Shown: in pieces, positions 25,089-29,439 of the stretch
Layout of the letters: the number at the start of each line of letters is the position of its first letter
Numbering within the stretch: position 1 is the stretch's first letter
IMG/VR virus record: IMGVR_UViG_3300031861_000011
Location: 1-29,439 of that record
Direction: 5' to 3' (one strand)
DNA length: 29,439 nucleotides
Origin: a virus
Taxonomy: Duplodnaviria > Caudoviricetes
Position numbers and translations under genes: made by a program
The notes under the pieces: model-generated
Seen by the model: only the letters and a program-made list of their open reading frames with translations
What the model was told of the DNA's origin: nothing
Database searches by the model: none

Positions 25089-28000
25089 TTACCAGCCTTC
25101 ATTAGCAAGCTTATCCAAATAATCATAAACTTCATCTGCTTGAGCATTAATGTCTATTAAATAATCTTCGAATTTATTTCTACTAGCTTGTATTTTATCA
25201 TCCTGTGCTTTGGCTGCTTTTTTACCAATAGACAATTCAAAATCCCAAACATCATGAAAAGCAAGATTTACGGGTGGTGAATCTGCGCCACCTGTTTGAA
25301 TAATAGAATCAATTGCTATATGCTGATCATCAATAACTTCTTGAATATATTTTGTAAATGTTCCCTCAGTAAGAGTTACAATTAAAAGATCATCTTGTGA
25401 TACACCAATAGCATTCCAAGTTTCAGCAATTTCTTCTTCTTCTTCTAATATCATTTCAACACCTCCACCACCAACAAACCCTGTTGATTCCGGAACTGTC
25501 CCATTTATTTCTATAATAGTTCCAACTGGATATTGTGTTGTAGTTCGAAATTTTCCTTCAGCAGCCTGACCAAAACGAGAACCTTGTTCATGTTTTGGTA
25601 ATGTTTTATATTCAGTCCCTGAAACAGTCATGAAAGTAGAAATAGTATTCGCCCTCGCTTTAAATTCTCGTAATCTATATCCTGGATGATAATAATGAGT
25701 AGCATTAGCATTATTTTCTGTTTTATACTTATAATCTGTGTCCCAATCGTCTTTCCGTAGGACTACATCATAAGGTAAAGCTTCTTCTAAATCAAGCTTG
25801 AACGGTTCATCAAGAACAGCTACAGTTGTATTTGACAGATACTGAACAGTTCTTACTGAGTCTGATCCTGGATTACTAGGATCCATAATAGTGATTGTTG
25901 TATTCTGTTTTACTTGTCTTTGACCTGCTTCAAAATCATCAACTTCGTCTACAAATTCACCTTTCAAAATTAATAATGATTTTCCTTTAGATCTTAAACT
26001 ACCAGGAATCACATCTGCATCTGGTGTTTCTAGAATCGTATTAATTTCTACTGTTATCAATATTTCATTAATTCTTTGTACCAATAAATCCAATTCATTT
26101 AAATCATTATCTCTCAATCCAATGAGTTCATAAAATACGGCTTCATTTGCGCCAGAAGATAAAAACTTGGGAGGGCTTTGAGTTGGATCCATTACCCCAT
26201 AAAGAGGTACATCATTTATTTTTTTTCTTAAACTAGCAGCGCCGCCACCAGTACCATTTAACTTTTTTAAAATATCACCTAAAGCTTTTTTTGTTGCTTT
26301 TAAAAAATCTAATTTTGCTACTCTTAATTCTTCAGGAGTTCTAGGATCACCAACTATGACTTCTTCATCCTCTTCTCCAATAGATCCAGTTGATTTCCAA
26401 TATACTGCATTAATAATATTTTTACCATCCCAATCTTTTATTAATGGTAATTCACCTGATGTACCATTTAATAAACATTCATAATTAACACCTTTATAAT
26501 ATAATAAATCACCTGCATTATATGATTTTTCATCTTTAAAAATAGGTGTTGCTAATTCATCCATCTTCGCGGATTGTTTTTCTTCAGCTGGTGTTTGTTT
26601 TCTTAAACCTAATAATAATGCTAAAGCTTCAATAGATTTAATTAATGGGCCTCCTGTTGGGCCTCCACCTAAGAAACAAACACCGGCACAAAACTTTAAT
26701 GCTTCTGGTGGTTTACGAGGCCCTCCAGCTGCTAACATTCTAGATCTAAATTCAGTTGTGCCACCTAATTTAGGGGCCAAATATAAAGTGTATATTCCGG
26801 CTGCAGGAATACCTATCGCAAATAATTCTAGAATTTCTGTAACTTCATTAGAAAATGCTTGAAGTTCATCCATTTTTGAATCTAAATATTTTATCATTGG
26901 TTCAATTGACTTCTTAGCACTTTGAACTGTTCCTTTCATTCCTCTAACGTGACCTTCAGTTCTGTCTAAAAGCGCGCCCATTGGAGGAATTAATTCTTCT
27001 AATCTCTTCCCTCTCCAATCTGGTTTTTCAGGCTGGCCTCCATCATAAAATTCTTCAACTATTTTTCCAGCAACACAGATTCCGTCATCAATTTGGGCAT
27101 ATTCACTTCCAGCTGGACTACCTGCAACGGATGGGTCCTCATCTCCGGACTTCTCCGCATATCCTCCATCGGCATATGTGATAGTGCTGGGTAATGGATA
27201 GCCTGTATCGTCTAGTTCAACAATATCTTTCTTTGTAGTTGGTAAAGCCTCAAAAACAATATCACCTTTTTTAAATTCGTCCCCTGAAGTAATATATTCA
27301 ATTTCTAATTCTTGTTGTTGATAGGGCACTAAATTTTTATTTACTCTAATTTGAGTATGTCTTTTTCTAATTTCGCTAGATGTTAATTCAATATTATGTG
27401 AATCTGTCAAATGGGAAGGAGTTGTTAATTCCTGTATTATCATACTTTCAGTACTGATGACATTAATAACCCTCGCTTTTACACCTGCTCTATTATTCAT
27501 CAAAATTTTTGGGGTTTTTTTCTGGTCCATAACATTAAACTGGCCCATTGTATCATCTTCTTCTTCATAGCCTCCACTCGCCCCACCTACATTCCCCGTG
27601 ACCACCCCCCCGACCGAGGTTGCTTTAATATTTTTATTACTTATCCAAGATACTTTTATAGTATGTTTCTTTTTGGCATTTTTAGTCCATATTGCCTTTA
27701 CACTTTTTATTAATTTTTCAAAAGATTCTAAATCAATAAGTTTTTGAAAGGCTTCTAAAATCTCCATAAACTTATCAAAATCTGGCGCGCCAGCAATAAT
27801 AATAATTCCACCTACAGTTGCAGAAGGTGTAAATATTGGTCTGCCAGACAAATAATAATCTTCAGACATTACAGTGTCTGCAGAAATATCTTGGCGTCCA
27901 ACAATTTTAGGTGTATCATTTTCATCATCAAAAGACCTATCAATAGTTTGTAATATCCCACCAGGTGTAAGAGTTATTAATCCTAATGCCTGATTAATGT

Positions 28001-28514
28001 ATATAAAAGCATTTTCTGTGGTTAAATCAATATCACCATCAAATTTTTTGAACGTAGTATCTTCAACATATAATTGTTCGCCTGAATCAATATCTTTTGC
28101 TAACACATCAGTTCCCAGATTACTTGCTTTTGTTAGCTCAAAAGGCGGCTTCTTAGCCCTCGTTGCCTTTGCATAATATTTGCCACCTATAAATAATCCT
28201 CCTGTAACAGGGTGTCTTTGTAAAGTACTTTTAGCGTCAACTGATTCAGCGTGAACAGGCAAATAATAAAACCCTAATCCTCGTAAATCTTCTAATAATT
28301 TTAAAATTTCATCCAGAATTGCATCAATTGCGGCAAAAAGCGGATCTACAGTAGCAAGCAACAATGCTTTATTAATTTCGTAAACGTTTTTAATAAAAGC
28401 TGCATTCTCTTTATGAAGTTCTAAACCTTTTTGAGCGGCTTCAAAAAACCCTTTTAAATGTGATATATCACCTAGGGTTTGGGAAGACCATTGATCAGCT
28501 TGTTCGTCCGCCAT
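25089..28514 (-). CDS. Large hypothetical protein (1141 aa), probably baseplate-associated, with a CBM5/12-like motif
   Basis: Long ORF between the spike gene and gp25. Helical N-terminus and internal YNAGDLLYYKGVNYECL...YWK motif. Confidence 0.75.
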   Translation of the reverse strand: MADEQADQWSSQTLGDISHLKGFFEAAQKGLELHKENAAFIKNVYEINKALLLATVDPLFAAIDAILDEILKLLEDLRGLGFYYLPVHAESVDAKSTLQRHPVTGGLFIGGKYYAKATRAKKPPFELTKASNLGTDVLAKDIDSGEQLYVEDTTFKKFDGDIDLTTENAFIYINQALGLITLTPGGILQTIDRSFDDENDTPKIVGRQDISADTVMSEDYYLSGRPIFTPSATVGGIIIIAGAPDFDKFMEILEAFQKLIDLESFEKLIKSVKAIWTKNAKKKHTIKVSWISNKNIKATSVGGVVTGNVGGASGGYEEEDDTMGQFNVMDQKKTPKILMNNRAGVKARVINVISTESMIIQELTTPSHLTDSHNIELTSSEIRKRHTQIRVNKNLVPYQQQELEIEYITSGDEFKKGDIVFEALPTTKKDIVELDDTGYPLPSTITYADGGYAEKSGDEDPSVAGSPAGSEYAQIDDGICVAGKIVEEFYDGGQPEKPDWRGKRLEELIPPMGALLDRTEGHVRGMKGTVQSAKKSIEPMIKYLDSKMDELQAFSNEVTEILELFAIGIPAAGIYTLYLAPKLGGTTEFRSRMLAAGGPRKPPEALKFCAGVCFLGGGPTGGPLIKSIEALALLLGLRKQTPAEEKQSAKMDELATPIFKDEKSYNAGDLLYYKGVNYECLLNGTSGELPLIKDWDGKNIINAVYWKSTGSIGEEDEEVIVGDPRTPEELRVAKLDFLKATKKALGDILKKLNGTGGGAASLRKKINDVPLYGVMDPTQSPPKFLSSGANEAVFYELIGLRDNDLNELDLLVQRINEILITVEINTILETPDADVIPGSLRSKGKSLLILKGEFVDEVDDFEAGQRQVKQNTTITIMDPSNPGSDSVRTVQYLSNTTVAVLDEPFKLDLEEALPYDVVLRKDDWDTDYKYKTENNANATHYYHPGYRLREFKARANTISTFMTVSGTEYKTLPKHEQGSRFGQAAEGKFRTTTQYPVGTIIEINGTVPESTGFVGGGGVEMILEEEEEIAETWNAIGVSQDDLLIVTLTEGTFTKYIQEVIDDQHIAIDSIIQTGGADSPPVNLAFHDVWDFELSIGKKAAKAQDDKIQASRNKFEDYLIDINAQADEVYDYLDKLANEGW

Positions 28515-28674
28515 CTTTTCCCTTTTGATGTTCTATCAATGTATTTTTTACTCGTGTCATTAATTTATTTTCTAATTCTATTAATCTTTGTGTTTTTCTC
28601 ATTAATTCAAACAACTTGGGGTGTGGAACAAATCTATCTGGTTGTTGCCATTCTTCTTCTTTTTGATCTTTCAT
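28495..28674 (-). CDS. Small hypothetical protein (59 aa) missed by the ORF track
   Basis: MKDQKEEEWQQPDRFVPHPKLFELMRKTQRLIELENKLMTRVKNTLIEHQKGKDGGRTS. Fills the gap exactly, starting 1 bp after the upstream stop and overlapping the next start. Confidence 0.7.
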   Translation of the reverse strand: MKDQKEEEWQQPDRFVPHPKLFELMRKTQRLIELENKLMTRVKNTLIEHQKGKDGGRTS

Positions 28675-28675
28675 A

Positions 28676-29439
28676 TTAGTCTGCCATTAATGCATTTAAA
28701 TTTGCTTGATCTTCAACAATAGATGTATACCAATCTTCAGTTACATTTGGTAATGTTTTATTCAAAACCGGAGGCCCGGTTGGCCCCAGATCCATATATC
28801 CATGTGTATGATCGCCCATTACTTTATAAAGTGTAGCTATAATATTTCTTAAAGAAGTTACATCATTCTTTATAGAAATTAATCCTGTAGCATCTATTGC
28901 TATTGCGCCCCCTGCTGCAGTTTCCAACGTAAAAGTACTTCCTGCTCCCATAGCTGAAAGAAGAATACTAGAACCACCTTTATCACTATTTGCTAGTGAA
29001 ATTTCACCTGTTTCATTTTTTATCGTAAGAGATCCAAATAGTGAAAATAATTCTATATCAGCACTGATTTTATCATCTGCCGGCATCATTGCCAAATAAC
29101 CGCCAGCCGAAGTCTTTGCGGCAGACGGACTAAACGCCGGTAATTCATTCATTTGTATCATAATGCCGCCAGAGTTTTTTACATCTGCACTTCTTATATC
29201 AATAACTCCATTTTGAACCGAAACTTGTTTGCCGTATATTTTCCCTTGGTTCATTACATTTAATCCAGTAATTACTTCTTCTGAACCATGAGATATATTT
29301 TGTTGAAAACTTTGGGCCGCCATAGACATGCTGCCCATTGCATTCATGGCCAATGTACCAGCATTTAATGTTTGGGTTCCATCTACATTTTCTTCTCTAT
29401 CTCCAGCAACCTTTGTTGCTTGCCCTGACTTAGCTCCAG
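28676..29439 (-). CDS. gp5: Baseplate central spike (gp5-like), C-terminal part; 5' end outside the window
   Basis: The frame is open to the window edge (GAKSGQATKVAGDREENVDGTQTLNAG...). VxG-type beta-helix repeats, HTH near the C-terminus, and location upstream of gp25/gp6. Confidence 0.65.
   Translation of the reverse strand, partial: GAKSGQATKVAGDREENVDGTQTLNAGTLAMNAMGSMSMAAQSFQQNISHGSEEVITGLNVMNQGKIYGKQVSVQNGVIDIRSADVKNSGGIMIQMNELPAFSPSAAKTSAGGYLAMMPADDKISADIELFSLFGSLTIKNETGEISLANSDKGGSSILLSAMGAGSTFTLETAAGGAIAIDATGLISIKNDVTSLRNIIATLYKVMGDHTHGYMDLGPTGPPVLNKTLPNVTEDWYTSIVEDQANLNALMAD

Noticed and set aside
196-28679. Short plus-strand ORFs in the track
   Set aside because: All are antisense to convincing minus-strand genes and show no recognisable motifs.

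Overview
AT-rich, gene-dense segment of a T4-like myovirus genome (marine cyanophage/pelagiphage-type gene order) with every credible gene on the minus strand. In transcription order: 3' part of a gp5-like central spike, a 59-aa ORF missed by the track, a 1141-aa unknown protein, gp25, gp6, a 2217-aa gp7-like wedge protein with extra domains, gp8, a VrlC/DUF4815-like 2043-aa virion protein, a 77-aa protein, a 510-aa fibre protein, an unusual six-gene cassette, and the 5' end of neck gene gp13. The cassette holds two paralogous proteins with long Tyr/Phe-Gly repeat inserts, a 191-aa helical protein, a GT-A glycosyltransferase and two 2OG-Fe(II)/cupin oxygenases. The repeat inserts have an exact mirror layout: n octapeptides, n tetrapeptides, a conserved Pro-containing loop, n tetrapeptides, n octapeptides, with n=5 in one paralog and n=8 in the other. 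Perfect DNA duplications occur in several of the segments. I infer a possibly undescribed, length-tunable aromatic virion appendage with its own hydroxylation and glycosylation enzymes. Family assignments come from remembered motifs and synteny; no database search was run.
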